Shown here: positions 1-11,857 of the stretch, piece after piece | How the letters are laid out: the number at the start of each line of letters is the position of its first letter | Numbering within the stretch: the stretch's first letter is position 1 | Source of the DNA: Octopus sinensis | Lineage: Eukaryota | Direction of reading: 5' to 3' | NCBI RefSeq assembly: GCF_006345805.1 | Contig: NC_043004.1 | Span: 29,450,001 to 29,514,000, forward strand | DNA length: 64,000 bases | Program-made: the position numbers and the translations under genes | The notes under the pieces: model-generated | Told to the model about the DNA's origin: nothing | Database searches by the model: none | Seen by the model: the letters and a program-made list of their open reading frames with translations, nothing else

Positions 1-31
1 TATATACTTTAAATAAAGTATATATATATAC

Positions 32-110
<79 letters not shown>

Positions 111-412
111 AATTTGTTGATTAACAAAGCAACTAATAGTCTAGTAATATGAATCTTACTACACAGAAATTTAAACGCTTCCATAAACTTTATGAAAACA
201 CCTATATTGACAGGGGTTCTAACCAGCCATCGTCAAATAATTAGTTAATAGCATTGATAGGTGTGTTTCCAACCTATCCTTTGGTGAAGTATCTTATAAA
301 AAGGCAGCCCCATATTACAGCGCTGCATTAGAAAGGTCAAATTTTAAGAATAGTATAACCTACAATGAATATGTAGAAAAGCCAAAAGACATAGACAGAG
401 GACAATATTATG

Positions 413-645
413 TATCTCTTTATTGCCCACAAGGGGCTAAACATAGAGGGGACAAACAAGGACAGACAAAGGGATTAAGTCGATTACAACGACCCCAGTG
501 CGAAACTGGTACTTTATTTATCGACCCCGAAAGGATGAAAGGCAAAGTCGACCCTGGCGGAATTTGAACTCAGAACGTAGCGGCAGACGAAATACCGCTG
601 AGCATTTCACCCGACGTGCTAACGATTCTGCCAGCTCGCCGCCTT
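413..645 (-). mobile_element. tRNA-derived SINE (octopus-type family I) with 15-bp target site duplication
   Basis: Minus strand starts GGCGGCGAGCTGGCAGAATCGTTAG with a B-box-like GAGTTCAAATTCC. GAGGACAATATTATG is duplicated at 398-412 and 646-660. Confidence 0.9.
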
Positions 646-1193
646 GAGGACAATATTATGGTATACGCCTCCATACAGTATGGATATGGCTACAATTACG
701 ACCAGAAAATGTCTGAAACTTATAGATGATCACTTCCTACTGTCAAAAGTATCAAAAGATATTTAATAGAAATACGGTTAAACTTAGCAATAGTTGCCTC
801 CCTACATAGGATTGATGATTCGATGATTTTCAATCACAATATGAATAATAACATAATCAATACCTCTCAAAATTCTTGTAGTTGTAAACCCCTCAGTAAT
901 CGCCCCCTTAACAATATGTGCCTGGAAAAGAACTGGTGTACAAGGTCAGCATCACGGAACCACGAAAACTTACGTTAAAGTGACATGAAGCACCTTGAAG
1001 AAGATACACTCACCACTTGGCTTCGTTCAGAGATATAAAAAAAATATATACATCTTTATCCAATATGGTATGGACCCTTAAAGAGAGGAATGTTGATAAC
1101 TTCCTTTTAAATTGGTGCATCAGAACTAAGGCCAGCAAATATAGGAGATGGGGCAACAAATCCGATCTCTGTATCAGAAAAAGTTAGATACGC

Positions 1194-1407
1194 TTTACTC
1201 TTTTACTCTTTTACTTGTTTCAGTCATTTGACTGTGGCTATGCTGGAGCACCGCCTTTAGTCGAACAAATCGACCCCAGGATTTATTCTTTGTAAGCCTA
1301 GTATTATTTTATCGATCTTTTTGCCGAACCGCTAAGTTACGCTAAGTAAACACACCAGTATCGGTTGTCAAGCGATGTTGGGGGGACAAATACAGACACA
1401 CAAACAT

Positions 1408-1474
<67 letters not shown>

Positions 1475-1633
1475 CGACGGGCTTCTTTCAGTTTCCGTCT
1501 ACCAAATCCACTCACAAGTCTTTGGTCGACGCTATTGTAGAAAACACTCGCCCAAGGTGCCACGCAGTGGGACTGAACCCGGAACCATGTGGTTGATAAG
1601 CAAGCTACTTACCACACAGGCATTCCTACGCCT
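1194..1633 (-). mobile_element. tRNA-derived SINE (octopus-type family II) with internal (TA)n(TG)n and (GAGTAAAA)-type tail
   Basis: Minus-strand head with TGTGTGGTAAG and GGTTCCGGGTTCAGTCCC boxes. Near-identical copy at 16466-16866. Confidence 0.9.
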
Positions 1634-1884
1634 ATCTAACAATAACAATGAACATTTTGAATATTAGGGAATAGACATTCTCTTCTTGCACAAACAACAA
1701 TGCATACTTTGAAATTTCAAGCATGATCCCTTATTCATCTTGCCACCTATCCAACTAAGGTAAAGCTTTGGAAATGTTTTGGATTACAGACATATACTCC
1801 GAGGAACTCATGCTGGAATTCTTAACTACACAGACACGTATAATTTATGATTAGCATATATTCATGACGTCACACAAATTACAA

Positions 1885-1920
<36 letters not shown>

Positions 1921-2059
1921 ATATGAATATTTTTATGAACTTAAAACTTCAGAATCTAACTTTTCGTCCCCAACCTGTGAAATGCCACAAATAGCAAGAA
2001 GCATATGTTCAAACATTAAGAAAACGGATAATGGATATATATATATATATATATATTAT

Positions 2060-2855
2060 TACACTATTGTCTGACAGCGCTCGTGTCGGGTTCGTTCGAA
2101 TTTTCGAATTTTCGAATTTTCACTTCGTTCCGTCTCTATCCTCCCAGTATTGTTTTATAGTTTATAATTATGACGCGAAATTCTCTCCCTTTGCTTTGCC
2201 TTCCCCTCTCTCTTTCTCTCTCTCCCTCTTCCTCATCCTTCTCTCAGCCGCGTGTCTTCCTCTATCTGTCTCTCTCTCTCTCTCTCACTCCTCCTCACTT
2301 TCGTCACTGCTAATCCTTTCGCACGTTGCTTTCAGGCCGTAAGGTCATTTTTCCCTGCGCTCGCCAGTTACCTCTTCCGTCCCTGCCAGAACAAAGGCCT
2401 TTCGTTTGTTCTCTTGTTTATTTTGATTTCTCGTATTGTAATTTATTTCTCGTTTTGTATTTTCTTGTACATGTATTTTTAATTTTGTATTTTTATCTTG
2501 TATTTTATTGTGCTGTTCTTTGTTACGTCCCTTTTTGTATTACATCTTTTTTGCTTGTTTTACCCCTCTGCGAGGTTATTTTATTTTAATTCTCTCGCAG
2601 GAAGGCCTAGCATTGGCAGTCGTGTCCTGTCTTGCCTTCGAAACACGCTATGTCTGCTAGTGACAGCTGATGAAGGGGATTTTCCCTTGTGTAGCATGTC
2701 CTGTACCCCGTTTTTCTGTTGTAAATAATGTTTTTCCCGTTTTCGTTCTCGTCCTGTTCCACGTCTCTGTCCTTCTGTTGTAACAAAATGGCTTTTCCGT
2801 TTTCGTTTCTGTTGAGTTTTACGTCTTTTTGTGGTGTCCTGTACGTATATATATT
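2060..2855 (+). mobile_element. Unclassified (TA)n-flanked repeat; 3' end resembles the arm end of the 54898-55312 hairpin
   Basis: Bounded by (TA)n on both sides. Ends TTTTACGTCTTTTTGTGGTGTCCTGTACGTATATA versus GTTTACGTTTTGTGACGCCTTGTACCCATATA at 55280-55312. Lone CTGATGAAG at 2667. Confidence 0.35.
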
Positions 2856-3465
2856 TATATATGCATGTATATATACATGTAGATGTCGGTACGTACATAT
2901 ATGTTTGTATGTATGCATATATTTTATTTATTATATATATATATATATATATATATATTGGTGCTCATAATAAAATAATTAAGAAATTATTTATCAATGT
3001 AAGCGCAAAAGTCCAGGGGCAATGCAAGGAAGATAACAATTAAGAAATTCTTATAAGTTACCTCCCTGATTTGTGTATTGATTTTGAACTACTGCATAGT
3101 TCATGTAACCTCATATATTCTCACCCTAAATACTGACAATTACCATCATTTCCAAGTGAATAACCCTAAAATTGTAGAGGTCTTTCCCGATTGAAATCAT
3201 TGGTTGCCTTGTTATAAAGAAATATATATCTTTAGATGAGGTGTCAAGTACACATTTTATTCTTTATTTAAAAGCATTTCAACACTACATGTTACATGCA
3301 ATTCATGAGTATAAATATTAATATTGGTTTCGTGTATGCGTGTATATATATATGGGGGTGTGTGTGTGTGTGTGTGTATGCTTGTGTGTGCATCTTTATA
3401 TTTATGTGGAGAGTTTGGAAATGGAATACGTGTATACATGCCTCTGTGTGTTTGTGTGTGTGTGT

Positions 3466-3516
<51 letters not shown>

Positions 3517-4918
3517 TGTGTGTGTGTGCGTGTGTGTTTGGAAATAGGATTAATTTAAACAGAGTTGATGGGATTGAAACTTGATTGTTGAATGGATTAG
3601 TCGGTGATACGTGAAATGTTATCTGATGTTAGTTATTGTGTCTTAGACGAGATACTTTATTCTACATCCTACTAATGTTATCTCTCAGAGAAAAGTGAGT
3701 GCATAACTACCTTCTGGTTAAGGTTTGTCTTTATCCAGTTTAATGAAATGCTGTGTTTGCTTGACTGTAGTTCATGGATAGTTCAATACTTCTATTTTCA
3801 AATGCTTCAAAGCCTTACGATGGGACATTTTAATGTGCCCTATTCCTGTCTTAAGAGAAATAACAAGATGTAAGTGAAGTCAAATGGTTGTAACTGGGAA
3901 ACGAAACTGGATATAGATATAAATTGATCTTTAATTATTTAAAAATAATAACAGGATCACATTAAGTTACGGAATATATAAAAAGAGATAAGAAAATAGT
4001 TGTAGAGAATGTGAATATACAATTCGGTTACACTGTTTTGAAACCACGTTAAGAAATAAATGTCTGTAATTGTTTTACACATATAAGCAAAATAAATAAA
4101 ACTAGAGACCTACAATGTTACAGATGGATAAATTCAATCTCTTTCGCTTACATGCACGGACGGACATTTACTTATCTATGTGTGGATTTTATGCGAGAAA
4201 GAGGGTGAAACATGCCGTTATAAAAGGATGCGAAGAGTAGAGAAAAAATAGATCAGAAAAGAAAGAGAAAGTAAAAAAAAAATTACGTTGATAATGCCAG
4301 AAATTCGATAGTCTTTTTATGAAAAAGAAATGTCTGTGAAAAGCAATTTTGCTTACACACCGTTTTCTCTATTTCGCTATTGCTTTTTTTTTTGTCTTTG
4401 ATTTTTTTTCTTACCGCTACTAATTTGAATTCCCAACTATTGAAACTGGAGCATTTTACTCCAAAATTTGCTGTTGTTTGTTGTAGCCGTTATTTCAAAA
4501 ATATTTTTATGCAATCATAAATAAATAGATAGAATATTGAGACTTTGATAACTTTCGATAGTGCTCAACCGGACTCGCGTGACTATACGTTTACGTTTAG
4601 ATATACAAACAAGTAAAAGGGGAGATTGGAGGATTGTAAAGATGGGGTAGGACAGTAATGTGTAACGTAGTGTAATAACGTATTGCTGCTGTATGGTGGT
4701 GTGTTTTCAATGGTTCCAGCATTAGCAGATTTCGTGTGAATGATAGTAGTTTCTACCTCAATGATGCAATTCATTCCAATAGTTCCATTATTCTACATGC
4801 TGGCTTTTTGAATTGGCATCGTTTGGGAGATGGGAATATTGCCAAACAGCTGTCGATTCACTAGTGTGATTGATACAACTGCTGCTATAGTTGTTGGTGA
4901 TCGTGATGAGAATGGGGA

Positions 4919-5051
4919 GAAAGAAGAAGAAGAAGAAGAAGAAGAAGAAGAAGGAGGAGGAGGAGGAGGAGGAGGAGGAGGAGAAGAAGAAGAAGAAGAA
5001 GAAGAAGAAGAAGAAGAAGAAGAAGAAGAAGAAGAAGAAGAAGAAGAAGAA
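4919..5051. repeat. (GAA)n/(GGA)n/(GAA)n compound microsatellite
   Basis: Seen directly in the sequence. Confidence 0.97.
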
Positions 5052-5416
5052 CTTATGCAATTTCTTCCAAATTTCTACTTTCTCTTCGTCGCCAGGATCA
5101 TAGTAAAAAGGAAATGGAGGAGCAAATATTTATTTACCGTCGTCTCTTTATTTCATCACTCCAAGTTCTTTTCACTTCTCCGTGTTCTCATTGCATGTCT
5201 TTGTGCCTTCTTTGCAATATGAATTCCGTCTTTTCTTTATATACCGTATCTCCATACTCTCTTTACACTATGTCTTCGTGATCTTTTGACAATATGACCC
5301 TTAAATGTAGAATCGAAATATATGACATAAGGAATATTACGTAACTTACTATATAGCAAGTAAATTCATTACTACTATATCAGATGTGTGTATATGTTTA
5401 TATGATTGTGTATACG

Positions 5417-5447
<31 letters not shown>

Positions 5448-5455
5448 AATGATGA

Positions 5456-5523
<68 letters not shown>

Positions 5524-5918
5524 AGGAATATAATTCCAAAACTTACAGGGAAAAATTCAATTTAACAATTTTAAATCAAATTTCACAATATATATTTTTT
5601 TCATTTTCATCTAGTTTCAGCTCACGAGCTGTGGCCATGCTGGGGCACCGCCATTATATATGTATATAATTTAGAGAAAAACCACTATTAAACAATTCAA
5701 TAAAGAAAGATGTTATTCATATTATATAGAAAACATATCCTATTAAAAAAAACTGATTTTAAATCAATAGAATACAATAAATAGTATAAATACTTTTTAT
5801 TGTACTTTATTGATTTAAAATACGGTTTTTTTATACTATATGTTTTCTATGTGGTATGAATAACATCTTTCTTTATTGAATTGTTTAATAGTGGTTTTTC
5901 TCTAAATTATATACATAC

Positions 5919-5983
<65 letters not shown>

Positions 5984-6029
5984 TTTGTATGTATGTATGT
6001 ATGTATAAAACAAAAACATGTATGTATAT

Positions 6030-6215
6030 AAACAAAAACAGGAAAAACAATAAAAGTCAAAAGGACATACGCAATGAATTTATTAGGTTGACGCTCAGAG
6101 AAAGTTAAAGATGAAAAAAATGATGACTGGGGTGACATTTCGAGCATGACTCTTCGTCAGAAAGAGGAAAATGGAAAAAGTCCGGAGATAAGGAAAAGAA
6201 AATCCACGAAAAGCA
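6030..6215 (-). mobile_element. Short PLE-terminal-like repeat (HHR family D), related to 47780-48030
   Basis: Shares CTGACGAAGAG..GCTCGAAA.GTCA and downstream CTGAGCG..CTAATAA with the 47780-48030 copy; both end in TA-rich repeats. Confidence 0.5.
6128..6165 (-). ncRNA. Minimal hammerhead ribozyme-like motif (family D)
   Basis: Minus strand CUGACGA-A-GAGU-CAU-GCUC-GAAA-UG-UC. Core is intact, but stem I is poorly paired and the stem III palindrome is broken. Confidence 0.4.
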
Positions 6216-6226
6216 CGTGTCGTTAC

Positions 6227-6282
<56 letters not shown>

Positions 6283-6286
6283 AACG

Positions 6287-6850
6287 AATATTAATTTGCA
6301 CAACGAACTTGAATTTGTTATTTTAAACGCCGTAAGCTGCGGTATTCGTCCTGAGAAATCATCTTGTATACACGTTGAGTGCTAAAAAGGACAGGTTCAA
6401 TCGGCAGACGAAATTTTGTCTGCACCAGTGAATGAGAGTGTTGTCTCACTTGATTTCAGCGTAATTTGCTCTTCCTCAGAAACAGTCTCATCCACCAGTG
6501 CTGGCGAAATTTCGTCTGCAGATATAATCTGTGTTTTTAGTACTACGTCTATACAAGATGATTTCTTAGAACGATTACCGGAGCTTACGGAGTTTAAAGC
6601 AACGCAAGTAAGTTGGACGTGCAAATTCATATTTCGTTACGAGAGCTGCTTCTGTCGCTAATAGTTTATACACAACCAGCCAGCTTTTTTGCAATATTAC
6701 TGACTGCTTAGTCAGTATTAAACTGTATCTGTTCGACAGAATTTCAATCTGACATTCTATAGTAGAGTGTCTGTTTCTGAAGGAGCGCAAATTACGCTGA
6801 AATCACGCGATGCAACTGTCCTATTCGTCAGTTTCGACGAAATTTTGTCT
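6287..6850. repeat. Nested inverted-repeat (foldback/MITE-like) element
   Basis: About 105-bp arms at 6287-6394 and 6529-6632 are reverse complements. 6405-6490 is inverted again at about 6765-6850. Small hairpin CAGACGAAATTTTGTCTG recurs three times. Confidence 0.6.
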
Positions 6851-6869
6851 GCCAGTATAAGCTGTGCTT

Positions 6870-7238
6870 TTTAGCTCTCAAGAAGTTTGGGAACATAAGC
6901 CTGATGAAACTGTAGAAAATAAAGATATTGCCGTTCTTTGGGATTTTAGTATCCAAATTGATCGTGCTATACAGGTTAACAGATCAGATATTGTGGTGAA
7001 AAATCACGTTGAAAACAAATGTTTTCCCATAGATATGTCAATTCAAGCAGACGGCAACACTTCCGTAAAATCATTTGAAAAATTAAACAAATATAAGAAC
7101 CTTGAAATAGAGGTTTCAAAAATGTGGGTTTTTAAAACAACTGTACCTGTAACCATCGGCGATTTGGGAACAATACCAAAAGATGTTCTTAAACACTATT
7201 GTTAAATACCAGGAAACTCTGAAGCAACAGTAGCGTAA

Positions 7239-7239
<1 letters not shown>
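6870..7239 (+). mobile_element. R4/Dong-type LINE 3' fragment (restriction-like endonuclease)
   Basis: ORF 6864-7205: VLWDFSIQIDRAIQVNRSDIVVK..CFPIDMSI..KYKNLEIEVSKMW..VPVTIGDLG; followed directly by (AAT)n. Confidence 0.85.

Positions 7240-7307
<68 letters not shown>
7240..7307. repeat. (AAT)n microsatellite between two LINE copies
   Basis: Seen directly in the sequence. Confidence 0.97.
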
Positions 7308-10300
7308 CATGGCCGTCTCCTCGCGAGCCACTCAGAGCTCAAAAATGATAACATTATCGTAGCACCAAAATGTTTTTGGAAACTAAAAGGAAAACTAAAT
7401 CAGTATACCAAATCGCTTGTCCTATGGTTAATCTGGAAGCGCGTCCCCCAGGGAAGAGCCAGCCTGGGATCGAAAAGTCATCAACTGGCACAAACTCTTC
7501 TCCGAATACGGACATGGATGGTCACTTGAACAGGAAATTCCCCAACTCGAGCCCTCCAAGTTCACCAGCATAACCACCACAGAAAGAAAAATGTAAGCGG
7601 AACAAATGGACCCGAGAAGAGTATAAAGAAGTAATATACGCTTATTACTATGCATTAGGTAGGCCAACTCAAGAGAGGCACACCGCAAACTCTTACAGTA
7701 TATGGAGAACACGGAATCAAGACAGTAGACCCTATTTGGACGAGAACAAATTGGCAAATGTGAGGAGGGATATCCTTAGAAATAACAGACTCACAGACAG
7801 TGAAATAAGCGCGATCAAGCACGCAACGGAAAATGACATAAATATAAGACACAAAGGAAATGAAGAATCAGATGAACAGAATAGCCCGCCACGAGGCTTA
7901 ATTGGAAGACTGCCATCTGACCAAAGCACGCAAAGGCCTGAAGATACAAGAAATTCTATTGAACCTGTTAAAGATAGTCAGGAAAATGATAAAACAACAG
8001 TAACTGAAGATCTCGCATTTGCTGAAGACCACAGAGAATCTATGGCAGAAATGAGACAGAAAATCCTGAATACGCTTGAAGTTGTAAGACATACAAGTAT
8101 GAATGATAGAGAAGCACTTCATAAACTCTCAAATACAAACCAAAATAAAAAAACAAATCAAAATTGGCAACTATGTAACAAATGAAATAATACAAGAATT
8201 AAAACCTGATTTTACTGAGTTATATGAAATTATTTACGCTTCTGCTAGGCAATTGAAACCAGCTGTATGCCCCCGAAAAAACAAAGAAAACCAAACCTGG
8301 GAAGAAATCAAACCTGGAGAAGTAAAATTGAAAAAGAGATTGAATTTATGAGAGGGAAAATATCAATATTAAATTAACTAATATGTGGAAATGATGTAAG
8401 ATCCAGAACAGGAAGAAAGATGAAGAGAAAATTTGGATCCTCACCAAGAGAAGAACTGATATTAATAAAAGAAACGCTGGAACAAAAAGTCCAAGCAAAA
8501 GCTCAAAGAATACGAAGATTTAAGAAGAGAAACAAGTTTTACAACCAAAATAAGCTGTTCACATCCAATGCCAAGAAATTCTACAGAGAAATAGGGAAGG
8601 AGAAAGTAACCGTTAAAGACCCCCCTCCCATGGAAGAAGTTCAAAACTTTTGGAAAAGGATTTGGAGTGACGAGAAGACGTACAACATAAATGCAGACTG
8701 GATTATACAAACTGAAGGATCCTACCAAAATTTACAACAACAAGCATGAGAAGACATCACAATAGCAGACCTAAGAAAGGCACTCACGAAGGCCTATAAT
8801 TGGAAATCCCCCGGTAAAGATAGGGTGCCGAATTTCTGGCTCTCATCGCTCCCATGCGCACACGGTAAGCTAGTTCAGCTGCTCAATGGAATTATGAGAG
8901 ACCCAAAGAAAACACCTGAATGGTTAGCAAGTGGTATTACTTACCTACTCCCAAAGAATAACGAAACCAAACTTCCAAAGAACTATCGACCTATAACCTG
9001 TTTATCCACCACGTATTAAATCCTAACATCTATCCTGGCGGAGAAAACATATGCATTCATGGAGAAGAACGATATTTTCCCCATTGAACAAAAAGGGTGC
9101 CGCCGAGGCTCATACGGATGCAAAGATCAACTGCTAATTAATCGTATGATCCTTGAGAACTGTCACAACAAGCGCAGAAATCTCAGCTCCGCATAGATTG
9201 ACTATAAAAAGGCCTTCAACAGTATACCGCATTCATGGATCTTGAAATCGCTGGACATCTTCAAAATTTCCCCTGTGATTTCAAGCTTCCTGAAGCATAT
9301 GTCGTTGTGGAATATGAATCTCCAATTATACCACTCTAATGGAGTACTTGCCTCAGAGAATATAAACATCAACTGTGGAATTTTTCAAGGTGACTCACTT
9401 TCACTTCTAATATTCTGCATGGCCCTAATACCCCTTACAAGTGAATTAATCAGAACAGGGTATGGGTATAAAATTGTCAATAAAAAAATAAGCCATCTAT
9501 TTTATATGGATGACTTAAAACTCTATGGTAAAGACGATAATGAACTTGAAGGCCTATTGCGCACTGTGAAAGCATTCAGTGATGACATCGGGGTGGAGTT
9601 TGGGCTTGAGAAGTGTACCAAGGCCACTTTCCAGAAAGGGAAAGTGAAGACCACAAATTCAGTCGTGTTAGATGTTGACACAGTCATAAGAGAGCTTGAT
9701 CAAGAACAAACCTACAAATATTTAGGGATAAATGAAGGCTCTGGTATTCAGCATGCAAGCATGAAAGAGAAGATCAGGAAGGAATGTTATTGGATAGTTC
9801 GAGCAGTCCTGAAATCTAAACTAAATGCACGTAACAAGGTGTTAGCTATAAATTCCTTAGCAGTTCCAGTTGTTACTTATAGCTACAATGTGTTGAACTG
9901 GAATATGTGTGAAATAAAGAATATAGATAGGAAAATACGCTAGCTGCTGAGTTGTAATAGGATGCACCACCCAAAGGCAGACGTAGATCGCCTTTACCTC
10001 CCCAGAGCCCAAGGAGGTCAAGGCCTGATCCAATTTGAACTAGCTTACAAAACAACCACAATTGTACTGGCCAAATATCTTGAAATAACGAATGACTGGA
10101 TGTTAAAGCTCGTGGAAAATCACGAGAGACGAAAGAAGCTTCATTCTATCATAAAGGAAAGCAAAAGGTTTGCTATTGATCTCGTGCAGGATACCCAAAC
10201 TGAACAACCCGAGGGAAGTACGGCGACTATAGTTGCAAAGAAGGTGAAAATAATGGCAACGAAAAAAGCGCACGAGCAATTGGCTGATAGGTGGGAGGAG

Positions 10301-11172
10301 AAACATCTGCACGGCAAATATATGGCCCGTAGCAAACAAGCTGATATTGACCAGAAGCAAAACCATCAGTGGCTACGGAACTCAGTGCTTAAAGCAGAGA
10401 GCGAAGGTTTCATCTTGGCTGCTCAAGATCAAAGCCTATTAACCCGGAACTACCAGGCCAATGTGATGAAAAATGGAGCAGACCCAAAATGCCGATTCTG
10501 CAACGACATGATTGAAACAGTAGACCACATAATCTCTGGATGTAAAGTCTTAGCACCAGTGGAGTATAAATTAAGACATGACAGAGTTGGCCAATATCTA
10601 CGCTGGCTAATAAGTCGGCATTACAATATCAAAACTGCCGACAAGTGGTATAATCACCATTCTGAAGCTGTAACTGAAGGAGAAAATGTAACGATTCTGT
10701 GGGACTTTCCAGTACATACAGACCGAACCATCAAAGCCAATAAACCGGATATTGTTGTGAAAGACCAAAACTTGCTTATTGATCGGCATGAGCATCCCCT
10801 GTGATCATAATATCTCGGCGAAAGAATTTGACAAGCTCAGAAAATATAAAGACCTGTTCATTGAAATTGAGAAAATTAGGCATCTCAAGGCGGTTACAAT
10901 ACCAGTGATCGTAGGAGCACTAGGAATGATCAAGAAGGGAACCGAAAATTATATGAGAATGATCCCTGGCTTACCATCCCTGCAAGAAGTGCAAAAGATT
11001 GTCTTAACTGGTACATCACACTATTGAGAAGAGCATTGTCGATGTGAGAACTATTACTACCCATGTATTTTAATTTAATGGCCTACCAATGTATACTATG
11101 AGTTTCTTTGCCCTAGGAGTCGGGAAGACACTCGGCAAGAAATGGAAGCAAATTTGAAAGAAGAAAAACCCA
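7308..11172 (+). mobile_element. Near full-length R4/Dong-clade non-LTR retrotransposon, family 1 (single ORF broken by stops and frameshifts)
   Basis: N-terminal KWTREEYKEVIYAYYY motif; RT motifs NYRPITCL, KKAFNSIPHSWI, GIFQGDSLS, HLFYMDDLKLY; CCHC knuckle CRFC..ETVDHIISGC; RLE motif ILWDF..ANKPDIVV. (AAT)n on both sides. Confidence 0.92.
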
Positions 11173-11174
11173 TA

Positions 11175-11239
<65 letters not shown>

Positions 11240-11267
11240 CAACAACAACAACAATAATAATAATAAT
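11173..11267. repeat. (AAT)n(AAC)n(AAT)n tract at the LINE 3' end
   Basis: Seen directly in the sequence. Confidence 0.97.
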
Positions 11268-11545
11268 TCATTAGGACTTTCCAGTACATACAGACCTACA
11301 TACATCAAAGCTAATAAACCAGATATTGTTGTGAAAGACCAAAACAATAAAATCTGTTTATAGGTTGACATGAGTATACCCTGTGATCATATCGCGGCAA
11401 AAAAATTTGATAAACTCAGGAAAAAAAAAGATTTGCTAACTGAAATCGAAAAAAATGTGGAATCTCAAGACGGTTACGATACCGATGATTGTAGGAGCAC
11501 TTGGAATTATCAAAAAAGGAATTGAAAATTATTTGAGAATGGTCC
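11268..11545 (+). mobile_element. Family-1 R4/Dong LINE endonuclease fragment
   Basis: IKANKPDIVVKDQNNKICL..MWNLKTVTIPMIVGALGIIKKG, highly similar to 10690-10980. Confidence 0.8.
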
Positions 11546-11857
11546 CTGCTTTATCAGGTAGGTGCCTAGGCCAGTTCTGGAAATCTTCATTGTTAATGCC
11601 AGTTGTAAAAGTCCACAGCCTCCCCCTTTTCTTGGCAGGTAAAGTCGTTCTATATCTGCCTTGGGGTGGTGCATTCTATGCATTGTCAACAGTTTTCGTA
11701 TTTTTCTGTCAAAATTACATATTTCAGTAATTGACCAATTAATGATATTGAAACTGCAAGTCACGAATGGTATGGCAATAGCATTGATTGCTTCGATCCT
11801 GTTTCTTGCATTCAGCTCTGTCTTCAGTATTGCTCTCACCCTGCGATAACATATCAT
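11546..11857 (-). mobile_element. R4/Dong LINE post-RT fragment
   Basis: ORF 11510-11857: YRRVRAILKTELNARNRIEAINAIAIP..MHHPKADIERLYLPRKGGGCGL. Confidence 0.75.

Larger units (their letters stand above)
140..1715 (+). mobile_element. Decayed Penelope-like retroelement (RT thumb, linker, GIY-YIG endonuclease) interrupted by two SINEs
   Basis: Manual translation across stops and frameshifts gives NLTTQKFKRFHKLYENTYIDRGSNQPS, LVNSIDRCVSNLSFGEVSYKKAAPYYSAALERS, RTILWYTPPYSMDMA..KCLKLIDDHF, IFNRNTVKLS.SCLP, then GIY-YIG-like ..WTLKERNV..WCIRTKASKY and LNIRE*TFSSC. This follows the motif order of PLE ORFs. Confidence 0.75.

Noticed and set aside
2640-2715. CTGATGAAGGGG..ACCCCG hammerhead-like half
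   Set aside because: No downstream GAAA or cleavage triplet.
4583-4830. Non-repetitive minus-strand ORF of 63 aa
   Set aside because: Short, no recognisable motif, and compatible with chance.
7308-7370. Possible HDV-like ribozyme at the LINE 5' end (TCTCCTCGCGAG resembles the L3 loop)
   Set aside because: HDV-like ribozymes are known in some R2/R4-type 5' UTRs, but P1, P1.1 and P2 could not be assembled here. A covariance search on other copies is needed.
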